This document shows positions 1 through 8,390 of a stretch of DNA of 27,205 nt, one piece after another; within the stretch, counting starts at the first letter, position 1, and every line of letters starts with the position of its first letter. The position numbers and the translations under genes are program-made. The notes below the pieces were generated by a model. That model saw nothing but the letters and a program-made list of their open reading frames with translations. It was not told the origin of the DNA and did not search any database. The DNA comes from a virus (taxonomy: Duplodnaviria; Caudoviricetes). The stretch lies in IMG/VR virus record IMGVR_UViG_3300027533_000076, positions 1-27,205 of that record; one strand, 5' to 3'.

Positions 1-2
1 GT

Positions 3-242
3 CTATGGTTACGACTCGATCCATCATCAGCTGAACCTCACGTTTTTTCTGGCCATCCCAGGATCGAGACAGTGGGTTGGGAAAGAAGCGTGGGTCCTTG
101 GCCTGAAGGACTCGAGCCCGGCCAGACAGAATTCGCCGTGGCACACATTTCTGAAGCACGTCAAGGTGTGATTTGGCCCGTGCAAGAAGTCAAGCCCTAC
201 GGTGATCTGTTCGTGCACATCGGAGCCGAACGATCATGGTAG
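3..242 (+). CDS. C-terminal part of a GT2-like glycosyltransferase (5'-truncated by window), paralog of 236..889
   Basis: Frame-3 translation by hand: LWLRLDPSSAEPHVFSGHPRIETVGWERSVGPWPEGLEPGQTEF...DLFVHIGAERSW*. It aligns with the C-half of the next ORF (WWLHLN...FVFGTRP...KVGPFLEG...E...WEHIG). The stop at 240-242 lies just after the next ATG (236), so the genes overlap. Confidence 0.7.
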   Translation, partial: LWLRLDPSSAEPHVFSGHPRIETVGWERSVGPWPEGLEPGQTEFAVAHISEARQGVIWPVQEVKPYGDLFVHIGAERSW

Positions 243-889
243 CGGTGGTCATGACTACGTACAACCCAACCCCCGAAGCACCGCGCCACGCCTACGCCCA
301 GCAAGTTCTTGTATCGCTGGAAGACTACCTTACGTGCCGCACGGAAGCCATAAGGTTCATCATCTCGGACGACGGGTCGCCTTCGATGCCGTTGTTCTTG
401 CCCAATACTCCACAACAACTTGACGTTGTAAAGGGCCCACACGGGGGCATCGGCGCTTCGTTGAACCGTGCGTTGGCTACCGTAGCTCGAGACGAACTGT
501 GGTTGTACATTACGGACGACTGGGAGCTCCAAGATAGTCTTAGCCTCAGTAAGGCGGTCTGGTTGATACGCGAAGAGGACTACGACTTCGTAAGGCTAGG
601 GCCTATCCACCCCAACCTCAGTTGTACGACTAAGTTCACGGTAGGTCCCGGGTGGTGGCTCCACTTGAATTTCGGGGATGGGTTCGTGTTCGGTACGCGT
701 CCGTTCCTGGCGTCGAAGCGGTTCTACGAAAAGGTCGGTCCGTTCTTGGAAGGGGTGGACGCGTACGTCTGTGAACGTGACTACTCCGACCGATGCAACG
801 CGCACGGTGGTCTACGCGCCGCGGCGTTGAATCTAGTGGGGCCGTGGGAGCACATAGGTGAATACGAAGTTGGCGATAGACCCGTCTAA
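236..889 (+). CDS. Glycosyltransferase family 2 (GT-A fold)
   Basis: Canonical GT2 N-terminal motifs: VAVVMTTYN, ISDDGS, GIGASLNRAL and a TDD acidic motif. Confidence 0.85.
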   Translation: MVAVVMTTYNPTPEAPRHAYAQQVLVSLEDYLTCRTEAIRFIISDDGSPSMPLFLPNTPQQLDVVKGPHGGIGASLNRALATVARDELWLYITDDWELQDSLSLSKAVWLIREEDYDFVRLGPIHPNLSCTTKFTVGPGWWLHLNFGDGFVFGTRPFLASKRFYEKVGPFLEGVDAYVCERDYSDRCNAHGGLRAAALNLVGPWEHIGEYEVGDRPV

Positions 890-1331
890 CGCCAACGGCG
901 CGCGCCTAGCGTCTGAGCGTGCCATGCATGCCATGTTCGCATGCTTGGGTATCCCGCGTTCATACCTGGACTTGGCGTGTCACAATGGATACATGGTGCG
1001 AGCTGCACGCATGTTCGGGTGTAAGCCATCCATAGGCCAGACGTACGATCCAGAAGTCAAGCGTGATGCACGGCTTTATGCACGACTCATTATCGGTGAA
1101 ATCGTAGGCCAGTTCGAACTGGTCACGTCTATCCACAGTCCTATGGACGCGGCGCCTTACGTCGCGCTCGATGGACACTACGTGGTTGCGCGAGCTTTTC
1201 CATTTGGAAAAGGTGAACTAGTGTGTGGCAGGCTCCGTTACGATGAGGACAAGACCAATGACCTGCAGCGGTCTTGGACCAATGTCGCGGGGCCTTTGCC
1301 AGGATATGTGCAGGTGTATGTGAATGCCTAA
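858..1331 (+). CDS. Short class I SAM-dependent methyltransferase-like protein
   Basis: YLDLACHNGY resembles SAM-binding motif I (LDxGCGxG), followed later by FELVTS. It overlaps both neighbours. The protein is short and the start is uncertain. Confidence 0.5.
   Translation: MNTKLAIDPSNANGARLASERAMHAMFACLGIPRSYLDLACHNGYMVRAARMFGCKPSIGQTYDPEVKRDARLYARLIIGEIVGQFELVTSIHSPMDAAPYVALDGHYVVARAFPFGKGELVCGRLRYDEDKTNDLQRSWTNVAGPLPGYVQVYVNA
1195..1212. repeat. 18-bp palindrome copy 1 (CTTTTCCATTTGGAAAAG)
   Basis: 8-bp inverted arms with a 2-bp spacer, inside the MTase-like ORF; recurs at 7601 and 21780. Confidence 0.85.
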
Positions 1332-3951
1332 TCTGTTTATAGGGCCTCGATTCATAGGCGAAGATCGTGGCGACGGTGGTATACGAAGAGTCGTCGAAGC
1401 TCAGCATCGGTGGTTGCCCACAATGGAGTGGGACCTCGTAGATGAACCTCGCTCCGCTGATTTGGTAGCCACTCACGCCGGCATCCAAGCCGATGTAGAC
1501 GCTACGATACCGTGGGTGTCGCATTGCCACGGTTTGTATTGGTACGGGTTCAAGTGGCCCAACTGGGCGCTCAAGATGAACCGCGACGTTATCAAGGCTA
1601 TGCGTGCAGCCGACGTTGTGACAGCCCCGTCGAAGTGGGTAGCGCACGCCATCGCTCGAGGGACCAACATCGCAGCCCCAGTGCTCTACCACGGTATCGA
1701 ACCTGGCGATTGGGAGCCTGGTACGCCTAAAGGCTACGTGCTGTGGAACAAGACTCGAGTCGATCCGATATGTGATCCTACACCATTGTGGGAGCTCTCG
1801 AAGCTAGCGCCCAAACGTAACTTCATCTCTACGGTCCATTGGGGGATGCCACCAGCTGACAACGTGTCAGCCGTTGGCGTATCTAGCCCTGAAGAGCACA
1901 AGGCCTACATCGCCCAAGCTGGTGTGTACCTGTGTACCACACGTGAAACGTTTGGGATAGGCACGCTGGAGGCGATGGCAGCTGGTGTGCCAGTTCTGGG
2001 TTGGGATTGGGGTGGCCAATCTGAGATAGTGATCCACAAGGAAACAGGCTGGCTAGCGAAGCCGAACGACTACGAGTCTCTGGTGGAAGGGCTCGAGTAC
2101 TGTTTCAAGCATCGACGCCGTCTAGGGGCGGCTGCACGCTCCCACGTGCTACGAAACTTCACGTGGGAAGTGGCAATGAAACGATACGATGTGTTGTATC
2201 GGTCGTTGCTGAAGCGACGTGAAGGCCCGAAGATCAGCGTTGTCATGCCAACCCACAACATGGAGGCGTACATCGCTGATGCCATCCAGTCTGTCCAATC
2301 ACAAAAGGCGGATTGGGAGCTCGTGATAGTAGACGATGCGTCTACGGACGATAGCATCGCTATCGCCCGCGACTACGCAGCCAAGGATACGCGCATACGC
2401 ATCGTCGTCAACCCAGAGAATTTGTATTTGGCCGAGACCCTCAACGCTGGGGTAGCCGCGTCACGTGGGGACTACATAGTTCCGCTAGACCCGGACAACA
2501 TGTTGGGCGAAGATACCCTTTCGATCTTAGCTAACAACTTGGATCGAGATCGTAGCATCCATATCGCATACGGCGCTATGTCGGTGATCGAACCTAGTGG
2601 AGAGGAATGGAAGTCACCATGGCCGCCCGAATTCGAGTACCGCCGCCAGATGAAACATGCGAACCAGATCACCTCGACGGCCATGTATCGTCGTTCCGTA
2701 TGGACTCGTGTTGGTGGGTACCGCCGCCGGTGTCCGACTGCGGAAGACGCGGACTTCTGGTGTCGAGCCACATCGTTCGGAGCCAATGCGAAGCGTGTGA
2801 CAGACGCAGTGGTACTACGCTATCGCAATCGTCCTAACTCCATGTCCAACACCCAACAGGACTGGGCGTGGCACGCATGGTACCCGTGGGGTAAACAGAC
2901 CGATCTAACCCCGTGGCTAGCACCACTCGGTGAAGAGACCACCGATCCTGTCGTGCCGATGCACGAGTTCAGTTTGGTATCAGTGATTATCCCTGTAGGA
3001 CCTGGCCATGAGCGCTATGTACACGACGCACTCGATTCACTTCGTTCCCAGACGTTCCGCTGGTGGGAAGCTATTGTTGTCAATGACACTGGTGGGCCTC
3101 TCAGTGGGATACCTCCTTGGGCATATGTCGTGCACACTACCGGCGCTATCGGCGCTGGCGCTGCTCGTAACTTCGGGATGGCTCACGCTAAAGCTGATAC
3201 GTTCGTTTTCCTTGACGCGGACGACTACTTTCAGCCCGAGGCCCTCGAGCTCATGTACGTCGAACAGCACCGTGTTGGCGGATTTATCTATACGGACTGG
3301 TACCGACACGACACCGGAGAAGCTCACCAAGCCCCGGAATGGGACGGATGTGATAGTGTACTCCGCCAACTTCCTTGGCCTGTCACTTGTATGTACCCGC
3401 GTGAAGTCTGGGAAAAAGTAGGGGGGTTCGATGAAGTACTTCCGGCGTGGGAAGATTGGGATTTCGCCCTCAAGGTTGTGGCGGCGGATTATTGTGGGAC
3501 TAGACTCGCTGTGCCTCTCTTTCATTACCGGATGGATACGGGAACCCGGCGTGAGGCGGGCTTTTCGGAACGTGAGGCGCTGAAGGAAGAGATCTTCAAT
3601 CGTTGGTCTAAATACATTACTCGGGAGGAACGAATGCCCTGTGGTTGTTCTGGTGGTGGTGGAGCTCCGTCGCTGCCTTCATTCGATGTTTATGCACAAG
3701 CGGTGAACCCTACTACCCCGACGCAACAGGACGGTGCTGTATTGATCGAGTTTGTCGGTGATGCAGCTGCTCCGATATCCTATACTGGGATGAAGACCGG
3801 GGCGCGCTACCGCTTTGGTTCGGACCCAGACCACAAGGTACGGTGGGTGTACAAGGACGACATTGACCACTTCTTGAATCGGGAGGAATTTCGCCTATAC
3901 AATAGCACTGAAGCTTCACCTGCATTAGCGGCAGCGGGCCCGCCGCGGTAG
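1324..3951 (+). CDS. Multi-domain glycosyltransferase GT4 + GT2 + GT2 with C-terminal accessory module
   Basis: GT-B/GT4 signature ETFGIGTLEAMAAGVPV (E-x7-E). First GT2: ISVVMPTHN, IVDDASTD, LDPD, EDADF. Second GT2: VSVIIPVG, FLDADD, EDWDF. The last ~105 aa are not GT-like. Confidence 0.9.
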   Translation: MPNLFIGPRFIGEDRGDGGIRRVVEAQHRWLPTMEWDLVDEPRSADLVATHAGIQADVDATIPWVSHCHGLYWYGFKWPNWALKMNRDVIKAMRAADVVTAPSKWVAHAIARGTNIAAPVLYHGIEPGDWEPGTPKGYVLWNKTRVDPICDPTPLWELSKLAPKRNFISTVHWGMPPADNVSAVGVSSPEEHKAYIAQAGVYLCTTRETFGIGTLEAMAAGVPVLGWDWGGQSEIVIHKETGWLAKPNDYESLVEGLEYCFKHRRRLGAAARSHVLRNFTWEVAMKRYDVLYRSLLKRREGPKISVVMPTHNMEAYIADAIQSVQSQKADWELVIVDDASTDDSIAIARDYAAKDTRIRIVVNPENLYLAETLNAGVAASRGDYIVPLDPDNMLGEDTLSILANNLDRDRSIHIAYGAMSVIEPSGEEWKSPWPPEFEYRRQMKHANQITSTAMYRRSVWTRVGGYRRRCPTAEDADFWCRATSFGANAKRVTDAVVLRYRNRPNSMSNTQQDWAWHAWYPWGKQTDLTPWLAPLGEETTDPVVPMHEFSLVSVIIPVGPGHERYVHDALDSLRSQTFRWWEAIVVNDTGGPLSGIPPWAYVVHTTGAIGAGAARNFGMAHAKADTFVFLDADDYFQPEALELMYVEQHRVGGFIYTDWYRHDTGEAHQAPEWDGCDSVLRQLPWPVTCMYPREVWEKVGGFDEVLPAWEDWDFALKVVAADYCGTRLAVPLFHYRMDTGTRREAGFSEREALKEEIFNRWSKYITREERMPCGCSGGGGAPSLPSFDVYAQAVNPTTPTQQDGAVLIEFVGDAAAPISYTGMKTGARYRFGSDPDHKVRWVYKDDIDHFLNREEFRLYNSTEASPALAAAGPPR

Positions 3952-3972
3952 CTGTGAGTCAAAGTTTGGCAC

Positions 3973-4001
3973 TTGACACGAATGGCCGACTCTGGTATAA
4001 T
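3973..4001 (+). promoter_or_regulatory. Consensus sigma70/SigA promoter with extended -10
   Basis: TTGACA (3973-3978), 17-bp spacer, TATAAT (3996-4001) preceded by TGG; located in the intergenic gap upstream of the neck/tail genes. Confidence 0.9.
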
Positions 4002-4019
4002 GAGCTGGGCGGGTGAGGT

Positions 4020-4355
4020 TTGATTGAAATAGCTAGGCCGGACAACTGGCTGATGGCAGTGATGTTAGCCGCAGCAACATGGCGGTTGACACACCTCCTC
4101 ATGTATGAAGCCGGCCCTTTCAAGCTCATCGTGCGCTTGCGCGAAATGACCGGTGTGAAACATGAGGACGATCAACCGATCGCACACCCGGATGGCAACA
4201 TCTTTGAGTGTTTCCTGTGTTTGAGCATTTGGACTGCCTTGATCCTCCTGCTGTTGGTGCTGACACCCGTGTGGCTTATGGTCGCATGGTTGGCTACTAG
4301 CGCATTCGCCATATGGTCTGAGAAGGTATACAAGAATGGCCCGCGCCGACGCTAG
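4020..4355 (+). CDS. DUF1360-like membrane protein
   Basis: AATWRLTHLL...GPF...LRE and CFLCLSIW pattern followed by hydrophobic helices. Confidence 0.7.
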   Translation: MIEIARPDNWLMAVMLAAATWRLTHLLMYEAGPFKLIVRLREMTGVKHEDDQPIAHPDGNIFECFLCLSIWTALILLLLVLTPVWLMVAWLATSAFAIWSEKVYKNGPRRR

Positions 4356-5583
4356 AACGCTGTTGTCGTTGGATCGGTTTGCGCGCATCATGGGCGCGCA
4401 CCCGCTCCACTTCAACGGTGTGCACCACGAAACATTGGCGCCTGCTACCACGTGCGGGCAACCACTCATGCAGCACGATTGGCAGGTGGTGGACGGTGTA
4501 TCACGCGAGTCTATCGCTGTGGCAATCGCGGAGGCTGAAACGCGTATCACCCAATGGCTAGGGTTCAAACCATTGCCTGTGTTCGAGCGTGACGAACGCC
4601 ATAACATCGTACGCCCGTCCACACGGGACTTCTCTCGCGTGCGTATGTTCACCCCTAATGGGTTGGGCGTTGCTGTAAAGCTCGACTATGGGCACGTGGT
4701 GTCAGGTGGTATTGAAGGGAAGACCGTCATAGCTCTCAGCGCTGTCATTGCATACTCGGACGAGGACGCTGACGGCTACCCAGAGACCGCTACGATCACA
4801 GTCCCTACCACCCTTACGAACCCAGATGAAATCTGTATCTACTTCGCTGGTGAAGGCGGTGATCCCTCTTTCGAGGTACGCCCGATCACAGTGACGTTCG
4901 CATCGGGCTTCGCTACGATAACTGCTCGACGCGAACAGTTCGTTATCCCATCCCTCACGGAACGCCTAGATTCCACACGTGCTATCGACGGAGCCCTCGA
5001 TGAGAACTTCGTTAGCGCGGTGGACGTGTATCGAGTGTTCATCGACCCCAGCCAACAAATCCAGTTTCTATGGGAGAACCAGTGGGGTTCGTGTGGGTGT
5101 GGTACGGAAGCGTGCCCAACATGCTGGTTAGGTGCTCAATTCGGGTGTTCAGTCGTGCGTGACTATCGCTTGGGTTTGATTAGCGGACAACCAGCTATGT
5201 GGAACGGAGTAACTGGTTCCTATGAGTACACGTCATACGCCCAAGCGCGACAGCCCGATCGAGGGCGGTTCTGGTACCGAGCAGGATACCGCGATCAAAC
5301 GCGTCGCAGGCCTTCACACGAGATGGACCCTCGGTGGGAGCGCGCCATTGCTGTATACGCTGCAGCGATTCTCGAAAGGCCGTTCTGTGGGTGTAGGAAC
5401 ATCGAGAACATCTCGAACTATTGGCGTGTGGATATGTCGGAATCGTCGGCCAGTGCCAGTGGAGGTACGTCCTATCGACTGACGGACCGAATGCTGGACA
5501 ATCCGCTAGGCACCACACGCGGTGCTATGCACGCATGGCGTATGATACGTAATGAAGCATTGGGGGATTCAGTCGGCGCATGA
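4336..5583 (+). CDS. Cys-rich virion protein, probable head-to-tail adaptor/neck protein
   Basis: 415-aa ORF overlapping both neighbours and lying upstream of the tail tube/chaperone/TMP; Cys clusters SCGCGTEACPTC and FCGC. Function inferred from position only. Confidence 0.4.
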   Translation: MARADARTLLSLDRFARIMGAHPLHFNGVHHETLAPATTCGQPLMQHDWQVVDGVSRESIAVAIAEAETRITQWLGFKPLPVFERDERHNIVRPSTRDFSRVRMFTPNGLGVAVKLDYGHVVSGGIEGKTVIALSAVIAYSDEDADGYPETATITVPTTLTNPDEICIYFAGEGGDPSFEVRPITVTFASGFATITARREQFVIPSLTERLDSTRAIDGALDENFVSAVDVYRVFIDPSQQIQFLWENQWGSCGCGTEACPTCWLGAQFGCSVVRDYRLGLISGQPAMWNGVTGSYEYTSYAQARQPDRGRFWYRAGYRDQTRRRPSHEMDPRWERAIAVYAAAILERPFCGCRNIENISNYWRVDMSESSASASGGTSYRLTDRMLDNPLGTTRGAMHAWRMIRNEALGDSVGA

Positions 5584-5876
5584 TGACCGTAACGCACGTC
5601 GATGGAGTGGGTCGCAAGTCCCTAGTCCACGTCCCTGACGGCGCACCAGAGAAGAACTGGGGGCAGGGTATCCTGTTAGGGCCTCCCGAAATGTCTAGCC
5701 TTGGATTGAGCGAGGAGGTCACAACGCGGTTACATAACGAACTGTTCAACCGAGGGATTGTTCGACGTGGGGATGCTAGGGCCCGCCGGCCTGAAATTCA
5801 CGCTGCCCTTATGGCTGCACTCCGCGTAGACGCTGAAAAGATCATCACTCTATACGAGGAGAACGGCAATGCCTGA
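5580..5876 (+). CDS. Hypothetical protein (neck/tail region)
   Basis: ATGA overlap with the upstream gene and 8-nt overlap with the downstream gene. Confidence 0.65.
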   Translation: MMTVTHVDGVGRKSLVHVPDGAPEKNWGQGILLGPPEMSSLGLSEEVTTRLHNELFNRGIVRRGDARARRPEIHAALMAALRVDAEKIITLYEENGNA

Positions 5877-7371
5877 ACCAGTACGTACTGGTTATTCTCG
5901 GGTATTCTTGCTTGAGCAGCGAGCCGGGCCCGAGACGCCACCCCAATACCAAGGCCTGTGGAAGGCGGGAGCCTTCACGTTCGACCAGGGCGATGTTACG
6001 GTCGTGCGCATCCCGTCCGACGGACAGTACGATTCATTCGTCCCCATTGGCAAGATCATCGGTGCGCCTGGTAACCCAGAGCTCGAGATGACTGCACGGT
6101 TCCTGTTGGACCAGAAGTCCTTGATGCTGAAGCTGGCCCTACGTGGTTGTGACAACGACGTACAGGTCCACTTCGGTAACTGCCAGGACCCGAAGGACTT
6201 CAACGGGGGCTGGACGAAGATTCTGGCGCTGGAAGCCGCCCGCCCCACATCGTACTCCACAGAAGACCTGGGAGCGCTGGACGCTGACGAGCGCGGCCTC
6301 GTCAACGAGTCCTTGCCCATGACCGGTGAGGCTGCGTACGAGATCTTCCGCATCGGCCTCGCTCGCCAAGCTGATGTACAGCTTACACGTGAGGCGATGG
6401 ACGTTGCTATCGTTGACGCAGTCAACTGCGGCGTTTGTGGTCTTCCGTCCGATGGTACGAACAAGGTGTTCGTGCTGGAGAACTACGCCGCTGGTTCGCC
6501 AGGTGCCAACGCTCAGATCGTTGCCACTCGCAATGGTGGTCAGACCTGGATTGAGTCCACCATCGCTTCGTTGGGCTCCACACAGGGCGCACGACGCATC
6601 ATGGGCTCAGGCACTTTCTTGGTGGTCATGTCTGACGACAGCGATTCCATCCACTACCTGTCGATGGCGTCTCTGTTGGCTGGCACGGGCGCATGGACTC
6701 AGATGGCCAACGGGTTCGTCGCTACCAAAGGCCCGCGCGACGGGTTCAGCTTGGGCTCCACGTTGAACTGGTTCGTTGGAGAAGGTGGGTACATCTACTT
6801 CTCTTCGGACATTGCTTCCAGCGTGACTCCCCAGGAATCCGGTTCGCTCACCGTCCAGAACCTCAACGCCATCCACGGCTCTGACGCGCAGAACGTTGTG
6901 GCAGTTGGCGATGGCAACATCGTGCTGTACACCACGAACGGTGGTGGCACGTGGGCGGCTGCGCCCGCTGGCGGGCCTGCGCCTGGCGTATCGCTGTCGG
7001 CTGTTGCCATGCGTGGACCTGCTGAATGGTGGGTCGGTTCCGCGGGTGGTCGTCTGTACTACACGCGTGACTCCGGTTCGTCATGGTTCGAGAAAGCGTT
7101 CCCTGGGAATGGCACAGGCGCTGTGCGCGACATTCAATTCCCAGCACGCCAGGTAGGCTACTTGGCTCATGACGGTGCTACCGGTGGTGGGCGCATTCTG
7201 CGCTCCATTTCAGGTGGCAACTCGTGGTACGTAGCGCCCGAGTCCGTTGGCACCATCCCAGCCAACACGCGCATCAACGCTCTCGCGTCTAGCTCCGCTG
7301 ACGTGAACGTCGTCTATGGTGCAGGCTTGGCAACAGGCGGCGCTGACGGCATCCTCATCAAGGGATCATAA
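5869..7371 (+). CDS. Probable major tail (tube) protein with C-terminal BNR/Asp-box beta-propeller
   Basis: Position upstream of chaperone and TMP; ~160-aa N-terminal domain, then Asp-box repeats TRNGGQTW, TTNGGGTW, TRDSGSSW, SISGGNSW; RBS GAGGAG upstream. Confidence 0.6.
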   Translation: MPEPVRTGYSRVFLLEQRAGPETPPQYQGLWKAGAFTFDQGDVTVVRIPSDGQYDSFVPIGKIIGAPGNPELEMTARFLLDQKSLMLKLALRGCDNDVQVHFGNCQDPKDFNGGWTKILALEAARPTSYSTEDLGALDADERGLVNESLPMTGEAAYEIFRIGLARQADVQLTREAMDVAIVDAVNCGVCGLPSDGTNKVFVLENYAAGSPGANAQIVATRNGGQTWIESTIASLGSTQGARRIMGSGTFLVVMSDDSDSIHYLSMASLLAGTGAWTQMANGFVATKGPRDGFSLGSTLNWFVGEGGYIYFSSDIASSVTPQESGSLTVQNLNAIHGSDAQNVVAVGDGNIVLYTTNGGGTWAAAPAGGPAPGVSLSAVAMRGPAEWWVGSAGGRLYYTRDSGSSWFEKAFPGNGTGAVRDIQFPARQVGYLAHDGATGGGRILRSISGGNSWYVAPESVGTIPANTRINALASSSADVNVVYGAGLATGGADGILIKGS

Positions 7372-7372
7372 C

Positions 7373-7600
7373 ATGCCCACAGCAACCGTCAAAGCCGACT
7401 ACCCAGACAACTACGACGAGGCACGCGAAGAGGCTGTCTTCGCGGAGAACGCACAGCGTATGGCACAGGCCCTCGTCGACCGCGGCTACAAGAATGTGGA
7501 AGTCAAGTCTGGCCGCGAAGAGCTCTCCCTCCAGAGGGAGTCTCCCGATCTCCTTCCATTCGTACCCAACGAAGGAAAGGAGGAGACAGCCAAGAAGTAG
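7373..7600 (+). CDS. Hypothetical protein (75 aa)
   Basis: ATG 1 nt after the upstream stop with AAGGGA upstream; MPTATVKADYPDNYDEAREE... Confidence 0.6.
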   Translation: MPTATVKADYPDNYDEAREEAVFAENAQRMAQALVDRGYKNVEVKSGREELSLQRESPDLLPFVPNEGKEETAKK

Positions 7601-7618
7601 CTTTTCCAAATGGAAAAG
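7601..7618. repeat. 18-bp palindrome copy 2 (CTTTTCCAAATGGAAAAG)
   Basis: Intergenic, directly after the TAG stop; arms identical to copies 1 and 3. Confidence 0.85.
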
Positions 7619-7666
7619 GTGGCCAGGTAGCGAACTCGTGAGCAACGCTAACCGGCCCTGGCCACC
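7618..7666 (+). promoter_or_regulatory. Stable intergenic RNA stem-loop
   Basis: GGTGGCCAGG (7618-7627) pairs perfectly with CCTGGCCACC (7657-7666); inner TAGCG (7628-7632) pairs with CGCTA (7646-7650); no strong U-tract. Confidence 0.6.
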
Positions 7667-7691
7667 ACCCCGCCTTTATAGAGAGGACTAA

Positions 7692-8390
7692 ATGAACAAC
7701 GACGCTGCCGCGAACGAAGTGCTAGACGGTCTGGGATCGCAGACCGATCCATCAATCTTCAAGGCTGCAAACGGCCTGGAATTGAAAATGAAGCGTGTAT
7801 CAGCTATGATCTTGGCTGAAGCCAATCGTAAGTTGGTACCGCCACGCCCGCCTAAGGTCTTCATCGACGAAAAGGGCCGTGAAGAAGAGAACCCCAACGA
7901 TCCCAACTACGTCCTCGAATTGCAGCACTTCGACTACGATCGAGGTATGCTCGCCGCCAAGGTCTACTACGGCTTGGGGACCGCTGTACACAAACTCCCT
8001 CGCGACCTAGAACCACCTGAATCCCAGGTGTGGTCTGACAATATCGAAGCAGTGTATGACGGCATTGACATTCCTGCAACCGGGGTACGGCGCTACGTGG
8101 AGTGGTTGAAGCTGTACGCCCTGCCTGAGGAAGATCAAGGTCGACTGTTGAGCGAGATCCTACGCTTCACTGGCAGCGTGCTGGAGGTAGACGTAATAGA
8201 GGCGCAAGCTTCTTTTCGGGGTAACCAGGAACGGGATACCGCTCCACGAGTACCATCTCCCATCCAAGCTCAACGTGGGCTTGGGGATGGAACGCATTCT
8301 GGATACGATTCCGGAGTTCGAAGCCAGGGAGGCAGCCCAGTACGTGCACTGCCCGTGGACGAATTGGATGGAGAATCTGACCTGGTTTGA
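7692..8390 (+). CDS. Tail assembly chaperone (short, unshifted form)
   Basis: Lies between tail tube and TMP; RBS GAGAGGA; overlapped by a second frame that runs up to the TMP start. Confidence 0.7.
   Translation: MNNDAAANEVLDGLGSQTDPSIFKAANGLELKMKRVSAMILAEANRKLVPPRPPKVFIDEKGREEENPNDPNYVLELQHFDYDRGMLAAKVYYGLGTAVHKLPRDLEPPESQVWSDNIEAVYDGIDIPATGVRRYVEWLKLYALPEEDQGRLLSEILRFTGSVLEVDVIEAQASFRGNQERDTAPRVPSPIQAQRGLGDGTHSGYDSGVRSQGGSPVRALPVDELDGESDLV

Noticed and set aside
1-170. Frame-1 ORF (VYGYDSIHH...)
   Set aside because: Frame 3 shows GT2 paralogy and overlaps the next gene; frame 1 shows neither.
3930-3963. Divergent promoter from TTGACT on the - strand
   Set aside because: No -10 element at a 16-18 bp spacing.
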